From assembly GCA_944348085.1 (NCBI GenBank), contig CALVMU010000003.1, positions 1,372 to 65,371 of the forward strand: DNA of 64,000 bases. Direction: 5' to 3'. Under the pieces are notes generated by a model. It had not been told where the DNA came from, ran no database searches, and saw nothing but the letters and a program-made list of their open reading frames with translations. The stretch comes from an uncultured Clostridia bacterium. GTDB taxonomy: Bacteria; Bacillota; Clostridia; Christensenellales; UBA1242. How positions within the stretch are numbered: position 1 is the stretch's first letter; every line of letters begins with the position of its first letter. The position numbers and the translations under genes were made by a program. Positions 35,197 through 46,149 of this stretch are shown here, piece after piece.

Positions 35197-37293
35197 TTAT
35201 TCCCCTTTCTTTCTTTTTGTGCAAGGTTTTTGACAACCTCTGCACTTCTTTTTTCTCTTAACAGACCTGATAACAAAGCAGATTGACAGCAAGATGATAA
35301 GCATACCGATGGCACTTATTGCCACCTTCCACCAGCCAAAAATCTCAATCAAAAGTGATAAATTATAGACCATCATTGCCAAGAAATATGCAACGAGAAG
35401 CTCTATAATCACGCCAATAAAGGTCCACTTTTTGCCAATTTCTTTGGACAAAACGCCCACAGAGGCAAGGCATGGAAAATAGAGCAGGCAGAACACAAGA
35501 TATGACAAAACTGAAGCGCCTGAGGCAAAATACACTGGATTGCTTGGATTGTGAAGAGAAGAAGCAATCTCGCTTTGTCCGCCGTCAACACCATTAAAGA
35601 GCGCAATGGACGAGACGATAACCTCTTTGGCAATCAGTCCTGCAATCAGTGCTGAAACAAGCCCCCAGCTTCCAAAACCAAGAGGTGCAAAGATTGGTGA
35701 GAATATTTTGCCAAGCCCTTCCAACATGCTTACGCCACCGCTTGTTTCCACAAATTCAAAAGTGAAAGAAAAACTTGACAAAAGCCAAACGATAACATTC
35801 ATTGTGATGATAAGCGTTCCAACTCGCACCAAAAACTCTTTTGTGTTGTCAAAAAGCACTTTGAAAACTTGCTTTGCTCTGATTGGCCTATAAGGCGGAA
35901 ATTCAAGAATAAAAGACTGTTCTTTGCTTTTCAAAATGGTCTTTTCATAGATAAGACTCATGCTTACAGCCACAACCACTCCAAGCAGATAAAGCCCCAT
36001 GATCACAAAAATGTTGCTGGCTCCAAAAAACGCCCCTCCAAGGCAAACATAGATTGGAAATTTTGCCGAACAACTCATGTATGGTGTAAGAAGCGCCGTC
36101 TTTATTTTTGCGTTTTGGTCTTCCATGTTGCGCGCGGTCAAGATTGCTGAAGTTGAACAGCCAAAGCCCATCAAAAGAGTATAAACGCTTTTGCCAGACA
36201 GCCCAACTTTTGATAAAATGTCTTCAAACACAAAGGCAACGCGCGAAAGATAGCCACTGTCTTCAAGAATAGATAAAAAGAGAAAGAGAAGTGCCACCTG
36301 TGGCAAGAAAGTTAAAACTGTGCCAACGCCACCAAAAATTGCATTTTCAAACAACGAATAAACCCAGCTTGACGAGCCGACCGCACCTTCAAGCCAAGAT
36401 AGAATTGGCGTTGAAACAAAACGGTCAAGCGCCAGAGCCAGCAGGTCAGAGAGGAATTTTCCAACCGAGAAAAAGGTCAAATAAAACACAAGTGCCAAAA
36501 TGAGCAAAAAAATAGGAAAGGCGAGAAATTTGTTAAGCAAAATTTTGTCAAGCTTGCTTTCGCCATAGATTTTTGAGCTTTTGTCGGCACATTCAAGAAT
36601 AAGGCGGTCAATATAGTCATATCGGCATTTTGCCACCTCTTCCGCTTGGTCAAAGTCTTGAGTTAAACCAAAGCGTTGTTTGATGTCTTCGTCATCTTCA
36701 AGCAGTTTTATTGCATAAAAAACTCGAGCGCCTTTTGCAATGTGTTTTGGGACAAACGCAAACACTTTTTCAAGCTTTAGATCTTTAAGATAAGGCAAAG
36801 ATGCTTTTGAGCTTTTGTCTTTGAAAGCCAAAATCTCATCTTTAAGTTTTTTTACGCTTTCTTTATTTGAAGCGTCAATGGCAACAACTGGCACGCCAAG
36901 CCTTGCGCCAAGCTTTTGCAAGTTGATTTTTCTAAGTTTTTTCTTTTCAATTTGATTGACTACGACGATAACATTGAGATTAAGTTCAAGCAGGCCAAGC
37001 GTCAAATATAGGTTTCGCTCTAGATTGTTATAGTCACAGATGTTGACAACCACATCGTTTTGATGCGACAAAAGATAGTCAGTTGCCACCTTTTCTTCAA
37101 AGGACAAACGCGAAAGCGAATATATGCCTGGCAAGTCCACCACTTCAATCTCCTGCCCTTTCCAAACAATCTTTTTTGCCTTTTCTTCAACCGTCACGCC
37201 ATGCCAATTGCCAACATGCTCATTTGACAAAGTAAGGCTGTTGAAAAGCGTTGTCTTGCCAGTGTTTGGATTGCCAATCAAGCTGACCCTCAC
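35197..37293 (-). CDS. feoB: ferrous iron transporter FeoB
   Basis: N-terminal G-domain GNPNTGKTTLFN. Polytopic C-terminal domain. GTGA overlap with the feoA stop. Confidence 0.95.
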   Translation of the reverse strand: MRVSLIGNPNTGKTTLFNSLTLSNEHVGNWHGVTVEEKAKKIVWKGQEIEVVDLPGIYSLSRLSFEEKVATDYLLSHQNDVVVNICDYNNLERNLYLTLGLLELNLNVIVVVNQIEKKKLRKINLQKLGARLGVPVVAIDASNKESVKKLKDEILAFKDKSSKASLPYLKDLKLEKVFAFVPKHIAKGARVFYAIKLLEDDEDIKQRFGLTQDFDQAEEVAKCRYDYIDRLILECADKSSKIYGESKLDKILLNKFLAFPIFLLILALVFYLTFFSVGKFLSDLLALALDRFVSTPILSWLEGAVGSSSWVYSLFENAIFGGVGTVLTFLPQVALLFLFLSILEDSGYLSRVAFVFEDILSKVGLSGKSVYTLLMGFGCSTSAILTARNMEDQNAKIKTALLTPYMSCSAKFPIYVCLGGAFFGASNIFVIMGLYLLGVVVAVSMSLIYEKTILKSKEQSFILEFPPYRPIRAKQVFKVLFDNTKEFLVRVGTLIITMNVIVWLLSSFSFTFEFVETSGGVSMLEGLGKIFSPIFAPLGFGSWGLVSALIAGLIAKEVIVSSIALFNGVDGGQSEIASSLHNPSNPVYFASGASVLSYLVFCLLYFPCLASVGVLSKEIGKKWTFIGVIIELLVAYFLAMMVYNLSLLIEIFGWWKVAISAIGMLIILLSICFVIRSVKRKKKCRGCQKPCTKRKKGE

Positions 37294-37520
37294 TCTTCAA
37301 CCTCCAAAAACTTGGCAAGCGAAGTTCGGATTGAAAGCAAATAACCACGAATTTCCACCAAAATAACCTTGCCAAGCAGTGATGAGCGCACCTTTTTCAC
37401 CTTTTGACCATGAGTGAAGCCAAGGTCAAAAAAACGCCTTCTGACCGCGTGAGGACATGCTTTGCTTACAGAAGAAATGACAAAGTATTTATTAAATTGA
37501 CAAGACGACAAATTTTGCAT
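37290..37520 (-). CDS. feoA: FeoA domain protein
   Basis: RRRFFDLGFTHGQKVKKV...ILVEIRGYLLSIRTSLAKFLEV. Start set at the internal ATG 37520 (MQNL). Confidence 0.8.
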   Translation of the reverse strand: MQNLSSCQFNKYFVISSVSKACPHAVRRRFFDLGFTHGQKVKKVRSSLLGKVILVEIRGYLLSIRTSLAKFLEVEE

Positions 37521-37632
37521 ATACCTTAGTTTATTTGTCAAATAGCGACAAAATGACAAATTCCAAGAAAAAGAGCAAATTTGTTTGACCAACTTTTCTA
37601 AATGTGGTATATTTAGTGTAAGAGGTGAAGAA

Positions 37633-38076
37633 ATGAAATGTATATATTGTGGTCACAGCGAAAGCAAAGTGCTTGACTCAAGAAACAGTGACGAGACAAA
37701 TTCAATCAGAAGAAGACGAGAATGCCTTAATTGTGGCAGACGCTTTACAACCTATGAAAGTGTTGAACGCGTGCCAGTTGTTGTGATAAAAAAAGACGGC
37801 TCAAAACAACCTTTTGACCGCGAAAAACTCAAAAGAGGCATTGTAAAGGCTTGCGAAAAACGCCCTGTCAAAATGGAGACCATTGAAGAGGTGCTTGACA
37901 GCATTGAAAAAAAATTGCAGTCTATGACAACAAGCGAAATTGCATCATCTCGTCTAGCCGAGCTTGTCCTTTCAGCTTTAAAGGCAATTGATGAAATCGC
38001 TTATGTCAGGTTTGCAATGGTCTATAAAAATTTTGACGACACCTTTGCTCTCAAATCTTTTTTAAGCATGCTTTAA
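37633..38076 (+). CDS. nrdR: transcriptional repressor NrdR
   Basis: MKCIYCGHSESKVLDSR...RRRRECLNCGRRFTTYE zinc ribbon followed by an ATP-cone. Confidence 0.95.
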   Translation: MKCIYCGHSESKVLDSRNSDETNSIRRRRECLNCGRRFTTYESVERVPVVVIKKDGSKQPFDREKLKRGIVKACEKRPVKMETIEEVLDSIEKKLQSMTTSEIASSRLAELVLSALKAIDEIAYVRFAMVYKNFDDTFALKSFLSML

Positions 38077-38112
38077 TTAACAAAAAAACGCGAATTTTCT
38101 TCGCGCTTTTTT

Positions 38113-40512
38113 TTATGCAACGAAAGCCGACCAATCACCACTTGAAATTATTTGGTTTGTGATGTCTTCTGTCCAGAACTGCCCTGCCAAAGCCAAATCT
38201 TTTGGAATTGGACAGCCGCTCGGATTTAGCCAAGCAAAACCTGAGAAATCACTGCCATAATAGTTTTTCGCGTCACCCTCAATCCAAAGGCAATTTGTGA
38301 AAGTGCCAGAATTTGTCCCATAAGGCGCTATACCGCCTTCAACAACCGCATAGCAGTTTTCCACTGTTGCACCAGTTGAAATATATCCAACAAAAATTCC
38401 TACATTGCTGTTGCCAGTTATAACAGCGCCTTCTACTCCACAATTTGAAATTGTTTCGCTTGCGATGCCATTGAACCTTCCTACAATCCCACCGACATTA
38501 TCGTTGCCGCATATATTTGCGTTGTTAAAACAAGCATTGATTGTTATAACATAATCAGAATTGATATCGCCAACTATGCCGCCAACACCATTGTTTGCTT
38601 CAACCACTCCAAAATTAAAACAGCTTTGAACAGTCGCATTGTCTTCAACCGAACCAGCAATTCCTCCAGCATAATCACTATATCCTATTATCTGACCATA
38701 ATTGCAACTATTTTGAAGAGACAAATTGTTTTGCGCACGCCCTACAATTCCGCCAACATACGCAATATAATTTCTTTGTGTTGAAATGATTTTTCCCTCA
38801 TTGACACAGTTTGAGATACTTGCCTGTTGCATTGTGTATCCTACAATCCCAGCAGAATAGTAAGAAGCCCAAACTATTGCAGAGCTAGAACAATTTTCAA
38901 GACTAAGATAACCGCCTATGCCTACAATTCCCGCAACATAGTCGCGTCCTTGAACAATAGAGTCAACCATTTTTATATTTGAAATGCTTGCTTTTTTATC
39001 GGCAGTCTCACCCATCACAACACCAAACAATGCCTGATAGTCATTTGCAGCGTTTGAGCCTGGCGAGGTGTAGATGCCAGAAATTTCAAAACCGTCACCA
39101 TCATAATGTCCTGAAAAAGCAACAGGGTCTGACGAGCCATCTCGCTTGGTTTGCAAGCCGATAGGTTGCCAATAATATGCTGAAAAATCCAAATCTTTTG
39201 TCTGCCTAAAAAAGACATTTTCATAAAAATAGATATCGTTGTCAGCCAAAACAGAATTTTCATTTTTGTTATAGACTGACCAACTTAGATATGCCAAATC
39301 CCACTCCGACTGAATAAGGTATGGGTCTGCCTCCGAGCCCGAGCCAGCCCAAGAATAATCATTGAAATCTTGCCCTGCACCGCTCCAAATTGACTGATCT
39401 GTCCAGTAAGCATTGCGGTTGTCCGGACCAAAAGAGGTAAAATAGATTGTCAAAGTGACTTGCTTTGTTGGCATTCTGATCTTTATGTGGTCGCTCGTGC
39501 TATCTTCCATTTCTACTGAAGGGTCTGAGATTGTGTAGGTATATTCTGAATAAAAGCTTCTAGTTTCAATATCGTAGATTTCTATAATTGCATTTGGCCG
39601 TATTCCATCCCAATAATCATCAAGCTCAGTGCCAACCTCCACTCCGTCAATGCTCATCGAGAATGAAATTTCTGATTCCGCGCCATTGTCAACCCCATCA
39701 AGATGATTGTTGACATCAAACATGTATGTTATTTCGGTATATCCAGGATAAAGAGTTGCACCTGGAGTAAATGCATAGTCGACAAAATAGCCGTTTGCAT
39801 CAAGCACTTGCTTTCCCGTTTTGTTTTCGCCTGACCAAAAGCCATCTAAAGTATAGCCTTCTCTCTGATAATTGCTTGGGTTAACCGTTGTTGCTCTTGA
39901 AAGCCCACCAGACATCTCATCTGCGACAGAGCCACTTGAAACGCGAACACTATTGCCATTTATGTAATACTCATAAACCAAAACAATATCGACCATTTCG
40001 TTTATTAGATATGTATCACCAAAAACATCAGTCCTTCCAACAGTCTCTTCATAGGCGAAGGAAGTTTGCGAGGTGTTTATCCCATAGTCCGTTCCAGTAT
40101 AATGAGCTGTATAAGTTGAAGATTTTTGTCCACCAAACCTGACCTGCCTAAAAAAGACATGGCTTGTTGAAGAGATTTCAAATCTATAAAATATATAGTC
40201 ATAACTGAAAGTTGAGTTGTTTGAACCTTGAAAAATTGTTCCGTCAGTTGTCGCACTTGCGCCTTGCGAGATTGAACTATTGATGATGTCATAATAAGAA
40301 ATATTGTTTGTGTATTGCATATGCGCAGACATATTTATTGGAGAATAATATGTACTTGCGCTAGGCGAATATGGCATATATTTTGCATAGACAATTCCTG
40401 TCCAATCATAAGCTTCAGCTTGATTTGGCGTAGGTAAAAAGGTTAACAATAAAGCCACAGCTAAAAGCACGATTGGAAACAATATAGTTGCAAGCCTATT
40501 TTTATTAATCAA
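38113..40512 (-). CDS. large secreted/surface protein with GLUG-motif repeats and a Listeria-Bacteroides-type repeat
   Basis: Signal/anchor helix LATILFPIVLLAVALLL. One EGYTLDGFWSG repeat. The C-terminal half has at least 8 G-G-I-(V/A)-G units (VAGIVGIGG, SAGIVGYT, VGGIVGRAQ, AGGIAGSV, VGGIVGDIN, VGGIVGRFN ...). Confidence 0.7.
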   Translation of the reverse strand: MINKNRLATILFPIVLLAVALLLTFLPTPNQAEAYDWTGIVYAKYMPYSPSASTYYSPINMSAHMQYTNNISYYDIINSSISQGASATTDGTIFQGSNNSTFSYDYIFYRFEISSTSHVFFRQVRFGGQKSSTYTAHYTGTDYGINTSQTSFAYEETVGRTDVFGDTYLINEMVDIVLVYEYYINGNSVRVSSGSVADEMSGGLSRATTVNPSNYQREGYTLDGFWSGENKTGKQVLDANGYFVDYAFTPGATLYPGYTEITYMFDVNNHLDGVDNGAESEISFSMSIDGVEVGTELDDYWDGIRPNAIIEIYDIETRSFYSEYTYTISDPSVEMEDSTSDHIKIRMPTKQVTLTIYFTSFGPDNRNAYWTDQSIWSGAGQDFNDYSWAGSGSEADPYLIQSEWDLAYLSWSVYNKNENSVLADNDIYFYENVFFRQTKDLDFSAYYWQPIGLQTKRDGSSDPVAFSGHYDGDGFEISGIYTSPGSNAANDYQALFGVVMGETADKKASISNIKMVDSIVQGRDYVAGIVGIGGYLSLENCSSSAIVWASYYSAGIVGYTMQQASISNCVNEGKIISTQRNYIAYVGGIVGRAQNNLSLQNSCNYGQIIGYSDYAGGIAGSVEDNATVQSCFNFGVVEANNGVGGIVGDINSDYVITINACFNNANICGNDNVGGIVGRFNGIASETISNCGVEGAVITGNSNVGIFVGYISTGATVENCYAVVEGGIAPYGTNSGTFTNCLWIEGDAKNYYGSDFSGFAWLNPSGCPIPKDLALAGQFWTEDITNQIISSGDWSAFVA

Positions 40513-40616
40513 CTTTTTACCTCCTTTTACATACTGATATTCATATTATATTATATACATAAAAAGAATTTAACCAAATATTTTTCTCAATTTCGACAAT
40601 TTTCTTGCATAAAAAC

Positions 40617-40643
40617 ACAAAAAAACTGCCTAGAATGGCAGTT
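40617..40643 (-). terminator. terminator after ylmC
   Basis: AACTGCC-TAGAAT-GGCAGTT with a T-run on the minus strand. Confidence 0.65.
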
Positions 40644-40923
40644 ATTTTTTCTGCAACACTTGATATGGGTTTTCTGGAACTCCCTGTCCTTGCACTTCCA
40701 CCAAAATGGCATCTTCGCCAATCTTGACTATGCATCCAAAAGGAATAAACAGCTGGTTTGTATTTTTAAAAACATTCCAGCCTGTTTTTTCGCCTGGCAC
40801 CAAAATCCCCAACACTCTTGCCGAAGACAAATCAAAAATTATGTCAATGATATGACCAAGTTTGCGACCATCCAGCACATTGACCACTTCTTTGCATCTT
40901 AACTCTAAAAATGAACTTTCCAT
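40642..40923 (-). CDS. YlmC/YmxH family sporulation protein (PRC barrel)
   Basis: LRCKEVVNVLDGRKLGHIIDIIFDLSSARVLGILVPG. Confidence 0.75.
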   Translation of the reverse strand: MESSFLELRCKEVVNVLDGRKLGHIIDIIFDLSSARVLGILVPGEKTGWNVFKNTNQLFIPFGCIVKIGEDAILVEVQGQGVPENPYQVLQKK

Positions 40924-40958
40924 AGTTTGTGTATATGTCGAAATTTGGCAAAAAAGAA

Positions 40959-41732
40959 CTAAATCAAAAAATCTTTTACCGATTTTAGTGCATTTTTTTC
41001 AAGTCTTGACACTTGCGCCTGGCTTATGCCAATTTCTTCGCTGACTTCTGTCTGCGTTTTGCCTGAATAATAGCGCATAAGCAAAATCTCTTTTTCACGC
41101 GGTGAAAGCGTTTTGATTGCTGAGCGTATTGAGAGCGACTCGTCAATATTTTCGTTTGTGCAGTTGTTGTCAGCAATTTGGTCTAAGAGTGCAATCGTGT
41201 CACTGCCCTCGCTATAAATTGGATCACTGAGCGAAACCGTTTCACTTATTGCATCCAGCGCGAAAGTTACGGTTTTTAACGGAACATCGATTTTGTTTGC
41301 AATCTCTTCCAAGCTCGGTTCTTTGAAAGAGTCCTTTGAAAGTTCTTCCTTCGCCTGCATGGCTCTGTAGGCAATGTCACGCATTGAACGGCTGACTCTT
41401 ATCGAATTGTTGTCGCGCAGATATCGCCTTATTTCACCAACAATCATAGGCACAGCGTAAGTTGAAAACTTGACATTCAAAGTTTCGTCAAAATTGTCTA
41501 TAGCCTTAAGCAGTCCCACACATCCAACTTGAAACATGTCGTCGGCTCTGTCACCTTTGGCATTAAATCTATGCACAACGCTCAGCACCAGCCTGAGATT
41601 TGCAACGACAAATTGCTCACGAGCGTGAGCGTCACCATTTTTGACTTTTTTTATAAGCGCCAAAATGTCGTTGTTTGAAAGCTTTGGCAGTTTGGTTGTG
41701 TCAACACCTGCAATTGAGACCTTGGAAGACAT
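40959..41732 (-). CDS. sigG: RNA polymerase sporulation sigma factor SigG
   Basis: Group-3 sigma-70 regions 2-4. Lies immediately downstream of spoIIGA-sigE. Confidence 0.85.
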   Translation of the reverse strand: MSSKVSIAGVDTTKLPKLSNNDILALIKKVKNGDAHAREQFVVANLRLVLSVVHRFNAKGDRADDMFQVGCVGLLKAIDNFDETLNVKFSTYAVPMIVGEIRRYLRDNNSIRVSRSMRDIAYRAMQAKEELSKDSFKEPSLEEIANKIDVPLKTVTFALDAISETVSLSDPIYSEGSDTIALLDQIADNNCTNENIDESLSIRSAIKTLSPREKEILLMRYYSGKTQTEVSEEIGISQAQVSRLEKNALKSVKDFLI

Positions 41733-41831
41733 AATCTCCTCCTTTCTAGGAGATATGTTTAACCAATGGCTTTTTCTTATTCACAATCGACAAAAAAGGT
41801 CAATCTTTTCAAATTTTTCAATGAAAAGGGC

Positions 41832-42560
41832 TCATAAAAAGCTCTTTTCAAGTTCATACTTCATTTCTTTTAAAATTCTCTTTTCAAGCCTTGAGATATA
41901 ACTTTGGCTGATGCCAAGCTTATCGGCAACTTCGCGCTGAGTCAGTTCTTCCTGTCCAAGAAGACCATAGCGCAAAATCATGATCTCTTGCTCTCTTTGA
42001 CCAAGTTTTGCAATAAGCTGATGAACAATTGCCCTGTCTGCAGGCTCGTCAACCGCTTGAGACATAACATCTTCATCACTAGGCAAAATATCAGAAAGCA
42101 CAAGCTGATTTCCGTCAAAGTCTTCGCTCAAAGGTTTGTCAAGGCTGATATCATTTTTCACTTTCGAGGTTTTTCTGATCTGCATCAAAATTTCGTTTTC
42201 AATGCAACGAGAGGCATAGGTTGCAAGGCGAATGTTTTTGTCAGGCTTGAATGTTTTGACCGCTTTGATAAGCCCAACCGCGCCAATTGAAATAAGGTCT
42301 TCATATTCAATCTTGCTGGACTCAAACTTTTTGGCAATAAAAGCCACAAGCCTTAAATTGTGTTCAATAAGTTTTGTAACTGCCTCTTGAGAGCCCGCTT
42401 CTTTTTCGAGTAAAAGAGCGTTCTCTTCATCTGAAGAAAGTGGTGGCAAAAATTCTTCATTGCCACAAACATAGCAAACAATTTGCCTTGACAGAACATA
42501 GTCTTTATGATGAAACAGTTTGTAAAAGAAAAGTTTGATTATAAATAAAATTTTTTGCAT
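41832..42560 (-). CDS. sigE: RNA polymerase sporulation sigma factor SigE (pro-sigma-E)
   Basis: Hydrophobic pro-sequence MQKILFIIKLFFYKLF, LPPPLS-like motif (LPPLSSDEE) and sigma regions 2-4. Confidence 0.88.
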   Translation of the reverse strand: MQKILFIIKLFFYKLFHHKDYVLSRQIVCYVCGNEEFLPPLSSDEENALLLEKEAGSQEAVTKLIEHNLRLVAFIAKKFESSKIEYEDLISIGAVGLIKAVKTFKPDKNIRLATYASRCIENEILMQIRKTSKVKNDISLDKPLSEDFDGNQLVLSDILPSDEDVMSQAVDEPADRAIVHQLIAKLGQREQEIMILRYGLLGQEELTQREVADKLGISQSYISRLEKRILKEMKYELEKSFL

Positions 42561-42615
42561 AAACCCTCCAAAAATTGATAAATTTCAGCTTAAAAATTTG
42601 CTTTTTTACAGAAAA

Positions 42616-43422
42616 TCATCCTCCAAAAACAATTTGGCTGTTTAAAAGCACATTGGCTTTAAAGCTCTTTTCAAAGCCAGAAAAGCTGAGCGCAAGCGTT
42701 GGATTTTTGATTGTTTGCTCATCGTTAAGCACAATCTCATCAACCACAAAGGCAAGAATTTTGCTTCCGCTTCCAACAGAATTGATCTTCACATAATGTG
42801 CGCAATTGATTTTGTCTTGCTTTGATTTTGAAAGCAGACTGACAAGAGATACATCGTCATAAAGCTGTTTGAAAACTTTGTAGTTGACCAAAATTATTGG
42901 CGACTTTGTCACACTGTCAAGCAAAACATTTCCGCTGTCCAAATAGCCATTTTCTTCCACCTCTTTGCCGTTGGCTTTGATTTTGACTGAATAGGTAAAA
43001 CTTTTGATCCTCTGCATGCGGTTGTGATAGAAAATGACAAACTTGACCAGAAAAAATATTGCAAGACTGACAAGGCAAACGATAAAAAGTGGATAAGAGC
43101 CGACAGCCTCTTCAATAGCAAAGCAAGCTCCGCCCAAGATAAAGGTGAAAATGAAAAAGGTCACCAAAATATAGAAAAACTTGGCGGGCGAGCGAAATTT
43201 AAATGAAAGACAAACAATCAGAACGGCAAGAAAAATCTGAAGCAAAATTTTAGCATAAAAGGCAAGTGCAAAAAGCGGAACGACAAGAGCCACCGTTCCA
43301 GCAAAAAGCGAAATCAAAAACCAAAACCTTGCCTTTTCTTTGACAAAAAATGAGGTCAGCTTAAGAATAAGAGCATTTTGAAAAAAGTTTATCAAAAGAG
43401 TCTGTTCAACAAAGATTTCCAT
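42616..43422 (-). CDS. spoIIGA: sigma-E processing peptidase SpoIIGA
   Basis: Five TM segments and the GYLDSGN aspartic protease motif. Start set at ATG 43422 after a GAGGAGG RBS. Confidence 0.85.
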   Translation of the reverse strand: MEIFVEQTLLINFFQNALILKLTSFFVKEKARFWFLISLFAGTVALVVPLFALAFYAKILLQIFLAVLIVCLSFKFRSPAKFFYILVTFFIFTFILGGACFAIEEAVGSYPLFIVCLVSLAIFFLVKFVIFYHNRMQRIKSFTYSVKIKANGKEVEENGYLDSGNVLLDSVTKSPIILVNYKVFKQLYDDVSLVSLLSKSKQDKINCAHYVKINSVGSGSKILAFVVDEIVLNDEQTIKNPTLALSFSGFEKSFKANVLLNSQIVFGG

Positions 43423-43593
43423 AGCGCCCTCCTCATGCAAAATGATAAAACACAAAAAGCAAAAAGACAAAACACAAAAAAGTCGAAAAGTCGAATTTAT
43501 TTTTGTATTTTGTCTTATAACCTGAGCTATGCATAAAATCAATTGAAAGTCAAAATTATAAAAAAAGCAGACAAATTTTTGCCTGCTCGTTTT

Positions 43594-44784
43594 TTATTTC
43601 TTGTTTCTTCTGAGTTTTTCAATCCATGGTGGAACATTTGAAGAAATATCAATTCGAGAAGAAGTCTTGTCTTCGCTTGCTCTTCCGATTGAAACATTTG
43701 GATTTGCCATTTGCTCTTCCTTCTCTTTTTGAATGTAGCCAGAGAAAAGACTTCTTGCTGTTGGCTCTTTTTGTCCCATGTTTCCAATTGAGCGAGCGCC
43801 TTCCATAGCGCTGTCTTTCTTTTCTTTGTCTTCAGCATTTTTGAAACCTGTTGCAATCAAAGTGATTTCAACTTCATCATGCATATTTGGGTCAATGCTA
43901 GTTCCAAGAATAATGTTGCAAGAAGAGTCAACCACCTCTCTGACAAGAGAAGCTGCCTCGTTTACATCGTCTTGTGTAAGGTCGTCGCCACCTTTGATGT
44001 TGATAAGAAGACCCGTTGCCCCTTCAATTGTTGTTTCAAGAAGAGGAGATGCAACCGCTTGTTTTACAGCATCAAGCGCCTTGTTGTCACCTGAGCCATA
44101 ACCGATACCCATGTGAGCAAGACCTTTGTCTTTCATAATTGTTGTAACGTCAGCAAAGTCGAGGTTGATAAGACCTGGATAAACGATAAGGTCACTTATT
44201 CCTTGAACGCCTTGTCTAAGCACATCGTCAGCAAATCTGAAACTTTCAGAAAGTGGAGTTTTCTTAGGAACAATTTGAAGAAGCTTTTCGTTTGGAATAA
44301 CAACGAGTGAATCAACATATTTTCTAAGATTTTCAAGTCCTTCTTCAGCATTTTTTGCTCTGATTGGCCCTTCAAAAGCAAAAGGTTTTGTGATAACCGC
44401 AACAGTCAAAATGCCCATTTCTTTTGCAATTTGTGCAATAACAGGTGCAGCACCAGTTCCAGTTCCGCCACCCATACCTGCAGTAATGAAAAGCATGTTT
44501 GTGCCTTTAAGCATATCAGTGATTGAAGCTTTGCTCTCTTCAGCAGCCTTTTGTCCAATTTCTGGCTTTGCACCAGCGCCAAGACCACCTGTCAGTCTTT
44601 CACCAATTTGAAGTCTTGTTTCTGCCTTGCTGATAAGAAGAGATTGTTTGTCAGTGTTGACAGCAACAAACTCAGCAGAAGAAACACCTGCATCAATCAT
44701 TCTGTTGACAGCATTGTTTCCGCCACCGCCGACACCAACAACCTTAATTTTTGCAACTGCAGTTCTCATCATATCGTTATCCAT
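43594..44784 (-). CDS. ftsZ: cell division protein FtsZ
   Basis: [13 protein letters not shown] and [11 protein letters not shown] tubulin signature. Confidence 0.98.
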   Translation of the reverse strand: MDNDMMRTAVAKIKVVGVGGGGNNAVNRMIDAGVSSAEFVAVNTDKQSLLISKAETRLQIGERLTGGLGAGAKPEIGQKAAEESKASITDMLKGTNMLFITAGMGGGTGTGAAPVIAQIAKEMGILTVAVITKPFAFEGPIRAKNAEEGLENLRKYVDSLVVIPNEKLLQIVPKKTPLSESFRFADDVLRQGVQGISDLIVYPGLINLDFADVTTIMKDKGLAHMGIGYGSGDNKALDAVKQAVASPLLETTIEGATGLLINIKGGDDLTQDDVNEAASLVREVVDSSCNIILGTSIDPNMHDEVEITLIATGFKNAEDKEKKDSAMEGARSIGNMGQKEPTARSLFSGYIQKEKEEQMANPNVSIGRASEDKTSSRIDISSNVPPWIEKLRRNKK

Positions 44785-44906
44785 AGTTCACCCCTTTCAA
44801 TAACTTATCCTTATTGTAATACAACTTTCAAAATTTTGCAATCGTTTAAAGCAAAATTTTTTGAAAAAATGCATAAATTTTCATTTTTTTTGTAGTTTAT
44901 GCATTT

Positions 44907-46022
44907 TTACTGCCCTAGTGCAGAGCTCACAAGCGAGTAAATTGACGCAAGTTCTGGCTTGTCCTTTGCAGGAAGTGGCGGAACACCATACTTAACATTT
45001 CTGCCAAGGCATTTTGCCAAAAAGTCGCGCCCACCTTTGATTTTGCTTATTCCAGCGCCAGTCAAATAGACAGGCAGATAGTTGATGTAGCTCTTAGAGA
45101 AAAGTTGAACGCACTTTGAAACGGCTTGAGCGATTTCTTCAATGCGGAAAGAAACAATCTCGTTTGCACTGCTAAGTGGAATTTTGATTGTTTTGCCAAG
45201 GTCGGTTGTAAGGTCATAATAATCATTGCTTCTGCCTTTAAGTGAAAGTATGATTTGAGCTTTGAGTCTTTCAGCTTCGCTTATTGTAAGGTCAAAAGCT
45301 TCAGACAGGTCATTTGTGATAAAGCCACCGCCTCGTGAAAAGCTTGCCATATTGCTTAAGCCCTCACCTTTGACAAATGAAGCGCTTGTTGTAAGGTCGC
45401 CAACATCAATGATAAGGCAAGGCTCTTCCCTTTCCTCTTTGCTGACAACATACAATGCTTGAGCGAGAGGCTCTGAGATATATTCAACCGACTCAAACTC
45501 GTTGGCTGAAACAATTTTGTTGAAAAGTTCGATAAATGTGCGGTTTGCATAGATGATTGAAAGGTTTGCCGAAATTGAGATTGCATTTTCACCAACTGGG
45601 TCAATCGATGCTCTGCCCTCATCAAGCAGATAAGAAAGAGCGCTGACTGACAAGATTTCAACATTTCTGTCTTTGGCTTTTTCGCTTGCCATATAGAAAA
45701 GCTCGTCAATGTCTTGCTGTTTCACCTTTCTTCTGTTGCCAAGATTGAGCGAAACAGTTGTTGTGCTGACAGAAGAAAACTCAGCAGGCACGCCGATAAA
45801 CACCTTTTTTGTGTCTTCTTCTTTGCAGTCAAATTCAGAAATCACTTGCGAAAAAATTGTTGTCAATTTTTCAGGTTCAAGAAATTTGCCTTCATAAAAA
45901 CCGTCATAAGCAATTTCTTTGTATGCTTTGACAACAAAAGTGTTATTAAGTCCCCGCCCTGCAAGCATTGCGCGCAGAGCGGAAGAGCCAAGTTCAAAAA
46001 CCAAAACCTTTTCTTTTTTCAT
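44907..46022 (-). CDS. ftsA: cell division protein FtsA
   Basis: Actin-like fold with VFELGSS and IIDVGDLTTS phosphate motifs. Directly upstream of ftsZ. Confidence 0.9.
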   Translation of the reverse strand: MKKEKVLVFELGSSALRAMLAGRGLNNTFVVKAYKEIAYDGFYEGKFLEPEKLTTIFSQVISEFDCKEEDTKKVFIGVPAEFSSVSTTTVSLNLGNRRKVKQQDIDELFYMASEKAKDRNVEILSVSALSYLLDEGRASIDPVGENAISISANLSIIYANRTFIELFNKIVSANEFESVEYISEPLAQALYVVSKEEREEPCLIIDVGDLTTSASFVKGEGLSNMASFSRGGGFITNDLSEAFDLTISEAERLKAQIILSLKGRSNDYYDLTTDLGKTIKIPLSSANEIVSFRIEEIAQAVSKCVQLFSKSYINYLPVYLTGAGISKIKGGRDFLAKCLGRNVKYGVPPLPAKDKPELASIYSLVSSALGQ

Positions 46023-46149
46023 AAGACCACCAACAAAATAAAATGTGCGCACATGTGCATTTATAGTAATATTTTAATATATAAAACCCATAATGTCAAA
46101 CTAAAAAAAGGACAAATCGAAAAAATTTGTCCAAATGTTCACCTCTTTT

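Noticed and set aside
34952-35315. 93-aa (+) and 67-aa (-) ORFs in the rpmB-feoB spacer and the feoB 3' end.
   Set aside because: They run through a terminator and the hairpin repeats and overlap the feoB C-terminus. Composition is not protein-like.
43539-43856. 105-aa minus-strand ORF bridging the ftsZ 3' end and the spoIIGA upstream region.
   Set aside because: It is out of frame with, and overlaps, the ftsZ C-terminal coding region. It has a K/Q-rich shadow composition. The spoIIGA start with a strong RBS is at 43422.
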